A stretch of DNA of 64,000 bases, taken from assembly GCF_009914755.1 (NCBI RefSeq), contig NC_060929.1; one strand, given 5' to 3'. The stretch is from the human T2T-CHM13v2.0 reference genome, Homo sapiens. The notes under the pieces are model-generated. The model made no database searches, had not been told where the DNA came from, and saw only the letters and a program-made list of their open reading frames with translations. Shown piece by piece: positions 27,620 to 41,910 of this stretch (the stretch's first letter is position 1; each line of letters starts with the position of its first letter). The translations under genes were made by a program, and so were the position numbers.

Positions 27620-28610
27620 TGTTACAGTAGGTAGCTTGTCAGGCATGAGCAGGGTAAGGGAGGGCTCCCTCCCCCAACCAGGAATGTCAAGTGACCATCA
27701 GGTCATGGTCAGGTGGTTGTTAAAGTGTCTCTCTAAAATAATAATTGGTTGCAGCTGGCACCAGCGAAAGGCAATCTCCCATCAGAGAGACAAAACCTGA
27801 AACAGGTAATCAGCAGCTTCCGGATAAGATCACAGGAGTTGGACAAGTGTGCTCAAGCATGCATGTTAAAAAGCAAAATGATAGAGTTTAACTGGTATAT
27901 GACTTTCTAGGAAAATTCAGCTGGTAAGGGAATAACACCTGAAAAGAGCATACATACAACTCCAGTAAACACACTGCACATGCTCAACTCCCAAGTGCTA
28001 GCAGGCCGCTGCACATGTGGACAGCCCACCCCAAAGGGAAGAATCAGGGGAGAAGGAATGCAAGATCATAGTAGTATGCCTGTGTATAAAACCCCAAGTC
28101 AAAGGTCAAACAGGGCACTTGATCTCCCAAGTCGTCTGCTTGGCCCTCTTCCAAGTGTGCTTTACTTCTCTAAAGCTTTTTAAAAAAAACTCACTTTTGC
28201 TCTAAAACTTGCCTCTGTCTCTCCTTTTGCCTTATGCTCCTCAGTCAAATTCTTTCTTCTAAGGAGGCAAGAATTGAAGTTGCTGCAGACACATGTGGAT
28301 TCACTGCTGGTAACATACTTTGGTGCTGTGACTCGGATATGTTCCCCAGCGGTAAAAAACCTCTAAGCCTCCTCTTCTTCAGCTGGAGACGTTCAATCCC
28401 GGTACATTGTTTTCTTCTTCCCTTTCACTCTCCTACTTACTAATCAACCCCCAGAACAATTCCTCTTGGCCATAAGTGTCTCTGCTCTTCCCAGCTGATC
28501 TCTCAGCTCACCCTGACAGGTGGCTTGGGGGTGGGAAGCACCTTCAGGTCCACGCTGAATAGAACTGAGGCACTAATGGACCTCCTGTACAGGAGGCTTG
28601 AGAGAGTGGT
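27620..28610 (+). mobile_element. MER50-like ERV1 5' LTR (27620-28315) plus a short internal leader
   Basis: TGTTACAGTAGGTAGCT...GGTAACA termini; TATAAAA at about 28086; PBS follows. Confidence 0.8.
28321..28338 (+). promoter_or_regulatory. Retroviral primer-binding site complementary to tRNA-His
   Basis: TGGTGCTGTGACTCGGAT versus TGGTGCCGTGACTCGGAT (complement of the tRNA-His 3' end); one CpG-type mismatch; 5 nt after the LTR. Confidence 0.85.
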
Positions 28611-30367
28611 AGGTAAATGTTCCCATTCCAAATGGGAGAAATTGGGACAAAACAAAGGGGCCACATGCACTATGCAAGTTCAAACCCAACAGGGTAGTCA
28701 TTAAACCTTTAAACTCCAAAATAATCCCATTTGACTTCACGTCTTACCTCCAGGGCATGCTGAGGCATGGGGCCGGCTCACAAAGCTTTGGGCAACTCCA
28801 CCCCTATGGCTCTGCAGGGAATAGGCCCATGGCTGCTTGCATGGGTTGGTGTTTTGTGCTTGCAGCTTTTCCAAGTGCATGATGCAAGTTGTCAGTGGAT
28901 CTACCATTCTGGAATCTGGAGCACAGTGGCCCTCTTCTCACAGCTCCACTAGGCAGCACCCCAGTGGGGACTCTGTGTGGGGGCTCCAACCCCACATTTC
29001 CCATCTCCACTGCCCTAATAGAGGTTCTTCATGGGCCCTTGCAGCAGACTTCTGCCTGGACATCTAGGCATTTCCATACATTGTCTGAAGTCTATGCAGA
29101 GGTTCACAAAACTCAATTCTTGTTATCTGCACTTCTGCAGGCCCAACACCATGTGGAACCTGCCAAGGCTTGGGGCTTGCACCCTCTGAAGCAATGATCT
29201 TAGATGTACTTTGGCGCTTTTTAGCCATGGCTGGAGCTGGCGTGGCTGGGACGCAGTATATCTTGTCCCAAAACTGCACAGAGCAGTAGGGCCTTCACCT
29301 CAGCCCAAGAAACCATATTTCCCTCCTAGGCCTCAAGATCTGTGATGAGAGGGGTTGCCTCAAAGATCTCTGAAATGCCCTGGAGATATTATCCCCATTG
29401 TCTTGGCTATTAACTTTTGGCTCCCTGTCACTTATGCAAATTTCTGCAGCTGGCTTGAATTTCTTCCAAAAATCTGGGTTTTTCTCTTCTATCACATGGT
29501 CAGGCTGCAAATTTTCCAAACTTATATGCTCTGCTCCCCTTTTAAACATAAGTTCAAATTTCAAACCATCTTTTTGTGAATGTGCATGATGATGTGCTTT
29601 TAGAAAAAGCCAGGCCACCTCTTGAATGCTTTACTGCTTAGAAATTTCTTCTGCCAGATATCCTAAATCATTTGTCTCAAGTTGAAAGTTCCACGCATCT
29701 CTAGGGCAGGGGCAAACTTAACCAGTCTCTTTGCTAAAGCATAGCAAGAGTCACCTTTGCTCCAGTTTCCACCAAGTTCCTCATCTCCATCTGAGGCTAC
29801 CTCAGCCTGGACTTCATTGTCAATATCACTATCAGCATTTTGGTCAAAACCATTCAACTAGTCTCTAGGAAGTTCCAAACTTTTTCTCATCTTACTGTCT
29901 TCTTCTGAACCCTCCAAGCTGTTTCAAACTCTACTGGTTACCTAGTTCCAATGTCATTTCCACATTCTCAGTTATCTTTATAGAAATGTCCCACTAATTT
30001 GGTACCAATTTTCTATATTAGCCTGTTTTCACAGTTACCCGAGACTGGGTAATTTATAAAGAAAAAAAGGTTTCATCGACTTACAGTTCCATATGGCTGG
30101 GGAGGCCTCAGGAAACTTACAATGATGGCAGAAGTTAAAAGGGAAACGTAGCATGTCTTACATAGCTGCAGGATAGAGAGAGAGCAAGGGGGAGTGCCAC
30201 ACTTTAAGGCCATCAGATCTCATGACAATTCATTCACTATCATGAGAATAAGAAGGGAGAAATCCACCACCATGATCTAATTATCTCCCATCAGGCCCCT
30301 CCTCCAACATGTGTGGATTACAATTTGAGATAAGATTTGGGAGGGGACACAGAGCCAAACCATATCA
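28610..30367 (-). mobile_element. MSTA-like 5' LTR (30014-30367) plus internal region (28610-30013), 3'-truncated
   Basis: Reverse complement TGATATGGTTTGGCTCTGTGTCCC...GAAAATTGGTACC; MST/THE1 internal pseudo-ORFs. Confidence 0.9.
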
Positions 30368-31119
30368 ATTGACTTCATTATTTCTTTTGAATACATAAAT
30401 TAGTGATTTTCTAGTTCCATCTTTTTTTTGGCATTGATTATCAAGGGCTCATCTAAACTATCTAAACTAAAGTTGCCTAATCAATCATTTGATTACTTTA
30501 TCATTTCTACTGGGTTGTCATTGTTTCTTTTTGAAGGTGTGTTTCAAGTGTACTGGGGATGTCTAGGTTCGATGTGTGGTGAGATGGCATAAAATTATTT
30601 CATTAATATTGTTATGCATCATTTACATTCTTATGTCTAACATTGACAAAATACTATAATAATACAATATTTTAATATGCTGAAAAATAAACACCTTCGG
30701 GGCTATGTATTTCAAACTGGTTTATTCTAAATTGTATGAAGCTAAAAAACAACAACAAACCCTGCTTATTTTAATTGAAAGATATATTATTGTAAATGCT
30801 TAAATTTATTACTATAATTTACTGATTAATATATCTGGCATTATTACTGTGTTTCATTAATCAGTTCATCCTGGAATTGAACACCTTAAAAGGATAAGAT
30901 TATTTCATGATTAATAAGGCTTACTAAAATAATTTTGCTCTTACATTGAGTTTTTTCTATAAACTCCTGAGGAGATTTTGAATATTTAAATCACAAATAA
31001 AAATTAATCCTTAAACTTCACTGAGTTAATTAAATGAAGAAAGAATATCAGTACAAATTGGCTAATTTTGATAACTTAAATAAATAGGCCCAGTGGTTTT
31101 TTTCTTTTTCAAGTAAATT

Positions 31120-31285
31120 GCATATATATGTGTGTATTAAGTAATATGTATACATTATTTATGTGTGTGTGTGGGTAACATATGTGTGAGACATGTGTGT
31201 ATATATATATAAAAATACAAAATATATGTAATATATAAATTATATATATTATATATTATATAAATATAAATATATATATATAAAT
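31120..31285. repeat. (TA)/(TG)-rich low-complexity tract
   Basis: Read directly. Confidence 0.85.
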
Positions 31286-31540
31286 TTTTTTTTCCTCACT
31301 GCTGCTTTTCAGGGCTGTTATTCAGTTCCCATAGTATAGCAACTTTCCAATTCTGGTGGTGGGATAATAACTACTTCATGACTGGAATGTTGCCTACCTG
31401 GCCTCTCAATGTTCCATTCTCAGGACTCAGTTTTTTAGTAAAGTCCAGTAGTGTACCAAGAGCCTTTTTTGAACAGTGTTCAACTCTCAGCTGTAGCTAT
31501 AATTCCCATTTTCTTAAATACTGGAATATGCACTGCATAT

Positions 31541-33488
31541 TTATTAGCAAGGTGAAAACAGACTAATACAATAAATTGGTACTGAGAGTGGGATGTTGCT
31601 GAAATGATACCCAAAAATGCGGAAGTGACTTTGGAAGTGGGTAACACACAGAGGTTGGGACAGTTTGGAGTACTCAGAAGAAGACAGGAAAATGTGGGAA
31701 AGTATGGAACAACCTAGAGCCTTGTTAAATGGCGTTGACCAAAATGCTGATAATGATATGGACAATGAAAGGTGGTCTCAGATGGAGATGAGGAGCTTTT
31801 TGGGAAGTGGAGCAAAGGTGACTCTTGTTAGGTTTTAGCAAAGAGACTGGCAGCATTTTGCCCCTGCCTTAAAGATTTGTGGAACTCTGAACTTGAGAGA
31901 GATGATTTAGGGTATTGGGCAGAAGAAATTTCTAAGCTGCAAAGCATTCAAGAGGTGACTTGGGTGCTGTTAAAGGCATTTGCTTTTAAATGGGAAACAG
32001 AGCATTAAAGTTTAGAAAACTTGCAGCCTGACAATGCAGCAGAAAAAGAAAAACTCATTTTTTGAGAAGAAAATCAAGATGGCTGCAGAAATTTATGTAA
32101 GTAGCAAGGATCCTAATGTTAATCCCCAATATCGTGAGAAATAGGTCTCCAGGCTGTGTCAGAGACCTTCACAGCAGCCCCTCCCATCACAGGCCCCGAG
32201 ACCCAGGAGGCAAAAGTGGTTCTGTGGGCCTAGTCCAGGGTCCCTGTACTGTTTGTGGCCTAGGGACTTGATGCCCTGTGCCCAAGCTGCTCTAGCCATG
32301 ACAGAAAGGGGTCAACATAGAGCTTGGGCTGTGGCTTCAGAGGGGCTTGCTTCAGAGGATGGAAGCCCCAAGGCTTGGCAGCTTTCACATGGTGTTGAGC
32401 CTGCAGGTGCACAGAAGTCAAGAATTGAGGTTTGAGAACCTCTGCCTAGATTTCAGAAGATAAATGGAAACGCCTGGATGTCCAGGCACATATTTACTGC
32501 AGGGGTGGGGCCCTCATATAGAACTTCTTCTAGGCAATGCAGAAGGGAAATGTGGGGTTGGAGCCCCCACAGAGAATCCCTACATTGACACTGCCTAGTT
32601 GAGCTGTGAGAAGAGGGACACCATCCTCCAGACCCCAGAATGATGGATCTAGCACCGTGCAGTTGGAAAAGCTGCAAACACCCAACACCAGCCCATGAAG
32701 GCAGCCAGGAGAGAGGCTGTACCCTGCAAAGCCACAGGGGCTGAGCTGCCTAAGACCATGGAAACTGACCTTTTGCATCAGCATGACCTGGGTGTGACAC
32801 ATGGAGTCAAAAGAGATCATTTTGGAGATTTAAAATTTGCCCCACTGGATTTTGGTCTTGCATGGGCCCTGTGACCCCTTTGTTTTGGCCAGTTTCTCCC
32901 ACTTGGAATGGCTGTATTTACCCAATACTTGTACCCCCATTGTATCTAGGAAATAACTAGATTGCTTTTGAGTTTACAGGCTCATAGGCTGAAGCTACTT
33001 GCCTTGTCTCGGATGAGAATTTGGACTGTGGACTTTTGGGTTTATGCTGAAGTGAGTTAAGACTTTAAGGGACTGCTGGAAAGGCATGGTTGGTTTTGAA
33101 ATGTGAAGACAGATTAGGAGGGGCCAGGGTTGGAATACTATAGTTTGGCTGTGTCCCCACCCAAATCTCAACTTGAATTGTATCTCCTAGAATTCCCACC
33201 TGTTGTGGGAGGGATCCAGGGGGAGGAATTAAATCTTAGGGGCTGGTCTTTCCCATGCTATTCTCGTGATAGTGAGTAAGTCTCACAAGATCTGATGGGT
33301 TTATCAGGGATTTCCACTTTTGCTTCTTCCTCATTTTTTCTTGCTGCTGCCATGTAAGAAGTGCCTTTCACCTCCTGCCATGATTCTGAGGCCTCCCCAG
33401 CCATGTGGAACTGTAAGTCCAATTAAACCTCTTTTTCTTCCTAGTCTTGGCTATACCTTTATCAGTAGTGTGAATATGGACTATTAGA
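31541..33488 (+). mobile_element. THE1A: last ~30 bp of 5' LTR, complete internal region (31571-33135) and 3' LTR (33136-33488)
   Basis: GTGAAAACAGACTAATACA then ATAAATTGGTAC; purine tract before the LTR; THE1A-type AACTTGAATTGTATCTCC and GGGTTTATCAGGG. Confidence 0.9.
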
Positions 33489-33929
33489 ACACACATGTTA
33501 ACTTTTTATAAACTGACCCCAGCAAGGTAAACAATAAAGCAAATTTGCTTGTTGTAATCATTATTAGTGTTATTTTGTTTATTATCAAGGAATACATTGT
33601 TCACTATCTATTTCTATATATTTTTCAACTTTAACCTAGTTTATTAATTTTTGCTCTCTGTCTTTAGCAATGTTTTATTCAGAAAGCATTTTGCCTGTTT
33701 AATGTGGAAACCAGGTGGGAATCTGTAGTCTGCTCAGGGAAGACTCGGGGTATCTGGTAGGATAAGCTGAAATATTTTGCCTTTTCCTTGTCTAGCTTGA
33801 TACTATCAAAACTGTTTGTTATGATTTTTTTAATCCTTTGCTGGTAAAAATTTTTCATGTGTTAAGCACAACATTATATAACAAATTCATGGTTCAGTGT
33901 AAGAAACAGAAGTCATTCCAGATATTTCA

Positions 33930-34619
33930 ATTGTTTGAAACAAGTGATAATAGAGGCACAACATATCAGAGCCTCTGGGATACAGCAAAAGCAGTGATAA
34001 GGAGAAAGTTTATAGCATTAAATGCCTACATTAAAAAGATAGAAAGATCACAAATTAACAACTTACTATGGTACCTCAAGAAACTAGAAAAGAAAAGAAA
34101 GTAGCAAACCAAACTCAAAGCTATTAGAAGAAAAGAAATAAAAAAAATCAGAGAAGCACTTAATGCAATTGAGATAAAAATACAAAGAATCAATGAAATT
34201 AAAAGTTGATTCTTTGAAAAGGTAAACAAAATTAATAGACCACCAGCTAGACTAACCAAAAAAAAAAGAGGTTCAAATAAGCATGATCAGAAATGAAAAA
34301 GGAGAATTAAAACTGATGCCACAGAAATACAACAGATCATGAGAGACTACTGTCAACCTCTGTGTGCTCACAAATTAGATAAACTAGAAGAAATATATGC
34401 ATTCCTGGAAACATACAAACTCCCAAGATTGAACCTGGAAGAAAAGGAAATTTTGAACAGGCCAACAATCAACTGTGAGATTGAATCAGTAATAAAAAAT
34501 TTTCCAACATCAACAACAACAAAAAAACGAGGACCTTACAGATTCACAGCCAAATTATACCAGGTGTCAAACAAGAACTAGCACCAGTCCTCTAAAAACT
34601 GTTAAACACACACACACGT

Positions 34620-34650
<31 letters not shown>

Positions 34651-35090
34651 TCGAAAAGGAGGAAATCTTCCCTAACTCACTCTATGGAGCCACTATTGCC
34701 CTGATAACAAGGCCAGGCAAGGACACAACAACAATGAAAAAAACTACAGGCCAATATTTCTGATGAACATAAATACAAACATTTTCAACAAAATACTAGC
34801 AAACTGAATCCAACAGTACATCAAAAAGATAATATACCATGATCAAGTGGCTTTTATTTCAGAGATGCAAGGATATACAACATATGCAAATCAATAAGCA
34901 TGATTCACCATATGAACAAAATTAAAAATAAAACCAAATGATCATCTCAGTAGATGCAGAAAAAGCATTTAATAAAATTCAGCATGGCTTCATGATGAAA
35001 ACCCTCAACAAAGTAGGTATTGGAAGAACAGAACTCAATATAGTTAAAGCTATATGCAACAAATCTACAACCAAAATCATACTAAATGCA
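33930..35090 (+). mobile_element. Internal L1 ORF2 fragment (L1PB-like, Z-domain to RT start) with no 3'UTR or poly-A
   Basis: [25 protein letters not shown]; ...[14 protein letters not shown]; both ends truncated. Confidence 0.9.
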
Positions 35091-35699
35091 GAAATACATT
35101 TAACATAGGAAATTACATGCTTGTCAAACCACTGGTGGAGTTGGAGGGATGGAAGTCACTGTCATTGTCTACAATGACATACCATTGCTGCCATGACCCT
35201 GGCCAGAAAACTACTGTTGTCACTGATGTCATCACAGAGCCACCCACACTCATGAAGTTTGTGACTAGGTAAGGAAGCATAGACTATGCCTGCTGCTACT
35301 CTATATTTGCTAAAGATCACCTGTGAGTTATCACTGATACTGAAATGTCACCTCTTCTCTTCTGCATTTGAATTTTATACCACTACTTCAAGAAAGTAGA
35401 GTCTGAATTGTTTCTAGTTACCTGGCTACATGCACATCCTTAAAATATGAGTTTTAGTGTTGCCTTCTTAGTAACACATGAGTGATCTTAAAATGGAGTG
35501 GAAATAGATGATGAGTATTATCAACTGACAGCAGCTTAAATAAAGTTTGTATTGAGTATTTGTAAAATGTTGCAACAAAAATGACATTTTAAATGAGAAA
35601 CTCAAACATTCTCTCCCCTTTCCTGCATAGGTAAATGTAGTAATCATTAAGTATTTAAAGTTAACAAAATTATCTTGTGACTTTTCGGCAAAGATCTCC

Positions 35700-36102
35700 T
35701 GTATGTTTCCTAGGGCTGCCAGAACAGAATACCACAAACTAGGTGTCTTAAACAGCAGAGATTTATTTTCTCATAGTTCAGAGGCTGAGTGCCCAAGATC
35801 ATGATGTTGACAAGTGTAGATTCTTTTGACGCTTCATTCCTTGGCTTGTGGATGGCTGTCTTCTCTTTGTGTTCTCACATGGGTTTTTTTCTCTGAAAAA
35901 GCATTTCTGGTGTGATTGTGTGTTTCTGAATTTCCTCTTATTATAAAGACACTGGTCAGATTATAATAGGGCCCACTTAATAGTCTCATGTTAGATTAAT
36001 CACTTCTCTGTAGGCCCTGTCTCCAAATATTTTCACATTCTGAGGTGCTAGGAAATTCAGCTTCAATATGAGTTTTAGAGGGACATGATTCATCCACTAA
36101 CA
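35700..36102 (-). mobile_element. MLT1B-like solo LTR
   Basis: TGTATGTTTCCTAGGGCTGCC...ATTCATCCACTAACA; CTCC on both flanks. Confidence 0.88.
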
Positions 36103-37529
36103 CTCCCCTCCCATAGTTTTTTATTTAATTTCACAAGCAGATGCCATGTGGACCATGTAAATTTCCATAGTCATTATGAAGTTACATGAAAGGTCATTCT
36201 CATGTAATTTATTGATAAATTTTACCCTAAAACTTTAACCTTATACGTGTGTGTGTGTGTGTGCGTGCATGTATGTAGGCGTACCTCATTTTATTATGAT
36301 TTAATTTATTGTACTTTGCAAATATTGTACCTTTTACAAATAAAATATTTCTAACAACTTTGCAATGAGCAAAATAATTTGTGCCTTTTTTTTTCAACAG
36401 CATGTACTCATTTTGTGTCTCTGTGTCACAGTTTGGTAATTTTCACAATATTTCAAATATTTTTATCATCATTATATTTGTTATGGTGATCTGCAATCAG
36501 GGATCTTTGATGTTCCTATTGTAATTGTTTTGGGGCCCCATGAACTTTTCCCATGCAAGTCGGCAAACTCAGTAGAAAAATATGTGTGTTCTAACTGCCC
36601 CAACAATCCCACATCTCTCTCCCTCTCTTCAGGCCTCCCTATTGACAACAATATTAAAATAGGGCTAATTAATAACCCTACAATGACTGCTACATTTTCA
36701 AGTGAAAGGAATAATCACATATCTGTCACTTTAAATCAAAAGCTAGACATTATTCAGCTTAGTGAGGAAGGTATGTGGAAGGCTGAGATAGAGGCTGAAA
36801 TTAGGCCTCTTGTTCTAAAGTTAGCCAAGATTTGAACAGAAAGGAAGAGTTTTGGAAAGTAATTAAAAGTGCTACTTCAGTGAACACATAAATGATAAGA
36901 AAGCAAATGGCCTTATTGCTGATATGAAGAAAGTTAAGAGTGGTTTGGATAGAAGATCAATCAGCCACAGAATTCCCTTAAGCCAAAGCCTAATTCATTA
37001 AAAGGCCCTAACTGCCTTCGATTTTATGAAGACTGAGAGGGGTGAGGAAGCTGCAGAAGAAAAATTTGAAGCTAGCAGAGGTTGGTTCATGAAGTTTAAG
37101 AAGATAAGCCTCCATAGCATGAAAGTGCAAGGTGAAGCAGCAAGTGCTGATGTAGAAGCTGCAGCAAGTTATCCAGAAGATCTAGCAAAGATCACTGATG
37201 AAGATGACTACACTAAATAGATTTTAATGTACATGACACAGCCTTACATTGGAAGAAGATGCCATCTAGAATTTTCATAGCTAGAGAAGAGAAGTCAAAG
37301 CCTGACTTTAAAGCTTCAAAGGACAGGATGACTCTCTTGTTAGAGGCTAATGCAGCCATTAACTTTAAGTAGAAGTCAATGCTCATTTACCATTTAGAAA
37401 AGTCTAGGGCCCTTAAGAATTATACTCTACCTATGCTCTATAAATGGAAACTAAGACTAGATAACCATGCCCATGTTTACAGCATGGCTTACAAAATTGT
37501 CAAGCCCACTGTTGAGACCTACTACTTAG

Positions 37530-37934
<405 letters not shown>

Positions 37935-38721
37935 GAGATTAATATTGTTTTTATACCTGCTAACGCAAAATCTATTCCGTCGCCCATGTGTCAAGAGGTC
38001 ATTTGATATTCAAGGCTTTCTATTTAAGAAACACATTTTCTAAAGGTATAGTGATGGTTATTCCTCTGATGAATCTGGGCAAAATAAATTGAAAACCTCT
38101 GTAATGGATTCACCATTCTAGACGATATTAAGAATATTTTTGATTCATGAGAGGAAATCAAAACATCAACATTAACAGGAGTTTGGAAGAAGTTTATTTT
38201 CTTCAATAAATAATTGCTGCAATATCATGATAAAACTCAAATGAAGAAAGACTTGCTTCTTAAGGATCAGGAAAGAAAGTGGTTTCTGGACATGAAATCT
38301 ACTGCTGGTGAAGAGTCTGTGAACATTGTTGAAAGGACAATAAAGGATTTAGAATATTACGTAAACTTAAATTATAAAGCAGTGGCAGTTTTGGAAAGTA
38401 TTGACTCCAATTTCAAAAGAATTTCTACTATGGGTAAAATTTGTCTTATTTTAAGAAATTGCCACAGCCACCCCAATCTTCAGTAAACATTACTCTTAAG
38501 TTAGCGGCCATTAACAGTGAGGTGAGACCCTCCACCAGCAAAAAGACTAGGACTCATTTAAAGGACAGATAATTATTAGCACTTTTTAAAATAAAGTATT
38601 TTAAAATTAACATATGCACATTGTTTTTTAGATATACTATTGCACACTTAATAAACTATAGTATAATATAAATATAACTTTTGTATGTACTGGGACACCA
38701 AAAAAACATTGTGTGACTCAT

Positions 38722-39164
38722 TGTCTTACTCTATGTTGCTATAAAGGAATACCTGAGTCTGGGTAATTTGTATAGAAAGGAGGTGTATTTCGCTCATGGT
38801 TCTGCAGGCTGTACAAGAAGCATAGCCCTGGCATCCTTCTGCTTGACTTCTTGTGAGGATGTGAGAAGGTCAAACTTCCACTCGTGGTGGAAGGCAAAGG
38901 GGAGCAGCATTACTATGTGGTGCCGAAACACATGGAAAAAGAGGAAGCAAGAGAGCAGGGTAGGAGGTTGCAGGCTCTTTGAAACAGCATCCCTCAGGGA
39001 ACTATTAGAGCAAGAATTCACTCACTACTGTAAGAATGGCATCAAGCCATTCATGAGGGATCCACCCCTGTGATCCAAACACCTCCTACTAAGCCCCACC
39101 TCCAACAATGGAGTACAGGTTTCAACGTGAGATTTTCAAGAAGTCAAACATCTAAACTATAGCA
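38722..39164 (-). mobile_element. MSTB-like solo LTR nested in Tigger1
   Basis: TGTCTTA...GTTGCTATAAAGGAATACCTGAG...AAACTATAGCA; TSD CTCAT/CTTGT. Confidence 0.88.
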
Positions 39165-39192
39165 CTTGTTTCATTGAAATATTCACTTTATT

Positions 39193-39658
<466 letters not shown>

Positions 39659-40764
39659 TTATTTACACACCACATTAAAGAAACTCAAAATTGAGGAAAT
39701 CTTTTTACATTATAGAATATTTGGGATCCATTGCAAATTTTTGCATGACCTTAATGATCTCAATACATACTTTCACTATTACAAATAAAGCTAGTTTCTA
39801 AGGTTACAAAAATGAATGTGTTTTACTTGTTTCAAATTAACTATTTTCTTTTCTTTGTAGGAACAATAAGGAAGTGAGTGCTTTTGTAATTCCTGAACAA
39901 CTGTGTCTTACACTTACTAAGGTAAAATATCAGGATTATGTTAATCTACACAGAATGATGAGAACACTACTGTAAAGTTAGTTAAGGAATGTTCTAAAAT
40001 TCTAACTAGACTTTGAATAAAATTGTGTTAATTATGCTAATGTAAAAGTATCTTAAATGCTCCCATTGCTCATTACCTTTCTGTGAGTTGCAATTATTCT
40101 GTAGTGCTGCAAACTACACTGTGAAATAAGAGCCACTGGCATTTTTATAAATTATCTAAATGTAAAAATTGCTGTACGGTGGTTCACATAAATTCTTTTT
40201 ATTACAGTGTTCACAGTACATAGATACAGTGACAGATCATTTCTAGGTAGAATCAAGATGAAAAGTGTAGTCCAATTACTGCAAGAAATTCCAGCAATAA
40301 AATAATTTTTTGGCTTAAATTGGCAACTCAGAAAGAAAGGCCAGGCCTGCTGTATGTTTGAAAATAAAAGTGAGCTTATTAATTTGGCTTATTATACACA
40401 AATATAACAAATGGTTCATTTCTGATACACTTACTGATTTTTATTCAAGGTAAGGTAGTTCATTAAATTCAGAAAAAGTGACACAAGATAATATGAAGCT
40501 GATATTTGTTTAGGTATACTTCAAATAAATATACATTTTAGGTATATTTCAGGAATTAAGCCATATCCCAATTGTTATGAAAATAATCATCACTGAAATT
40601 CCTTGCAGTAATTGGATCATACCCCTCATCTTTATTCTACCTAGAAATGACCCGTCACTATATCCTTATACTGTGAACACTGTCGACGATTAAAGAAACT
40701 CATATGACCCATCATACAGCAATTTATACAATAGTTTATAAAAATGCTAGTGGCCATCTAGTAA

Positions 40765-40772
40765 TGTGTGTG

Positions 40773-40803
<31 letters not shown>

Positions 40804-40857
40804 TTGTATACATATGTGTATGTATATGCACATATATATACACACATACGTATATAT
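40765..40857. repeat. (TA)/(TG)/(CA) degenerate microsatellite
   Basis: Read directly. Confidence 0.85.
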
Positions 40858-40885
40858 TTGAAATAAACTAACATACCATACAATA

Positions 40886-41910
40886 TATTAATTTAAATTT
40901 TAAAATTCAATAGATTTTGTTATAATAATGCATTGCTTAATGCAGATATGTTCTAAGAAATGCATCATTAAGCAATTTCATCCTTGTGAGAACATTATAC
41001 AATGTACTTCCACAAACCTGGATAGTATAGGCTACTACACACCTAGGCTACCCCGTATATCTTACTGCTCATAAGCTACAAACCTGTACAGCAAGTTACG
41101 GTAGTGAATACGGTAAGCAATTGTAACTCAATGGTATTTGCCTGTGTAAACATATCTAAACATAGAAAACATATGATATGATAGAAACATTTTTAGTTCT
41201 ATTGTAATTACTGGGACCATATATGCAGTCCATTGTTGACCAAAACGTAGTTACGCAGCTCATGATGGTATATTCACAGAGTGGGGCAACCATCACCACA
41301 ATAAACTTTAGAAAACTTCTATTACCCCAAAGCAAAAATTCTATACCACTTGCTTAACAGTCACCCTCATTTTTCCCCACCATCACCCTCAGTCTTAGGC
41401 AACCACCAATCTGCTTTCTGTCTTTAGAGATTTGCCAATTTTGACAATTCATATGAATGAAATCATACAACACATGGTCTTCTGTGACTAATTCCTTTTG
41501 TTGACATAATATTTTTAAAAATTCATTTTTAATTTAGTATGCATCAGTACTTTATTTTTTATTATTGACAAATAATATTTCACTGCACATAACACATTTA
41601 TTCATTCATCAGTTGATGGACATTTATATGTTTCTTCCCTGTTTATTATAAATAGTGCTGCTATGAACTTGGTGTATATATATTTTTACTTCTCAAGTAC
41701 TTGTCTGGGAGTGGAATTGTGGGATCATATAGTAATTCTATGTTTCACTTTTTGAGAAACTGCCAGACTTTTACAAAGTAGCAGTACCATTTTACATTCC
41801 TACCAGCACAGTACAAAGCTTCCAGCCTCTCACATCCTCACCAACACTACTTTTATATCTTTTTAATTATAACCAAGTAAGTGTGATGTGACATCACATT
41901 ATGGTGTAAT
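40886..41910 (-). mobile_element. L1MB7-like 3' end interrupted by Tigger3
   Basis: GTATATTCACAGAGT..GCAACCATCACCACAA...GGCAACCACCAATCTGCTTTCTGTCT...TTTTACATTCCTACCAGCA. Confidence 0.82.
40923..41268. mobile_element. Tigger3a-like non-autonomous DNA transposon
   Basis: GGCTACTACACACCTAGGCTA...GCTACAAACCTGTACAGCA...GACCAAAACGTAGTTACGCAG; TA flanks. Confidence 0.85.

Noticed and set aside
28321-28338. tRNA-His gene fragment
   Set aside because: An 18-nt complement including CCA directly after an LTR, so a PBS rather than a tRNA gene
26282-33488. One THE1 provirus spanning 26282-33488 with nested inserts
   Set aside because: The two internal regions both begin at the internal start, and the LTRs are of different subfamilies (THE1B-like and THE1A-like)
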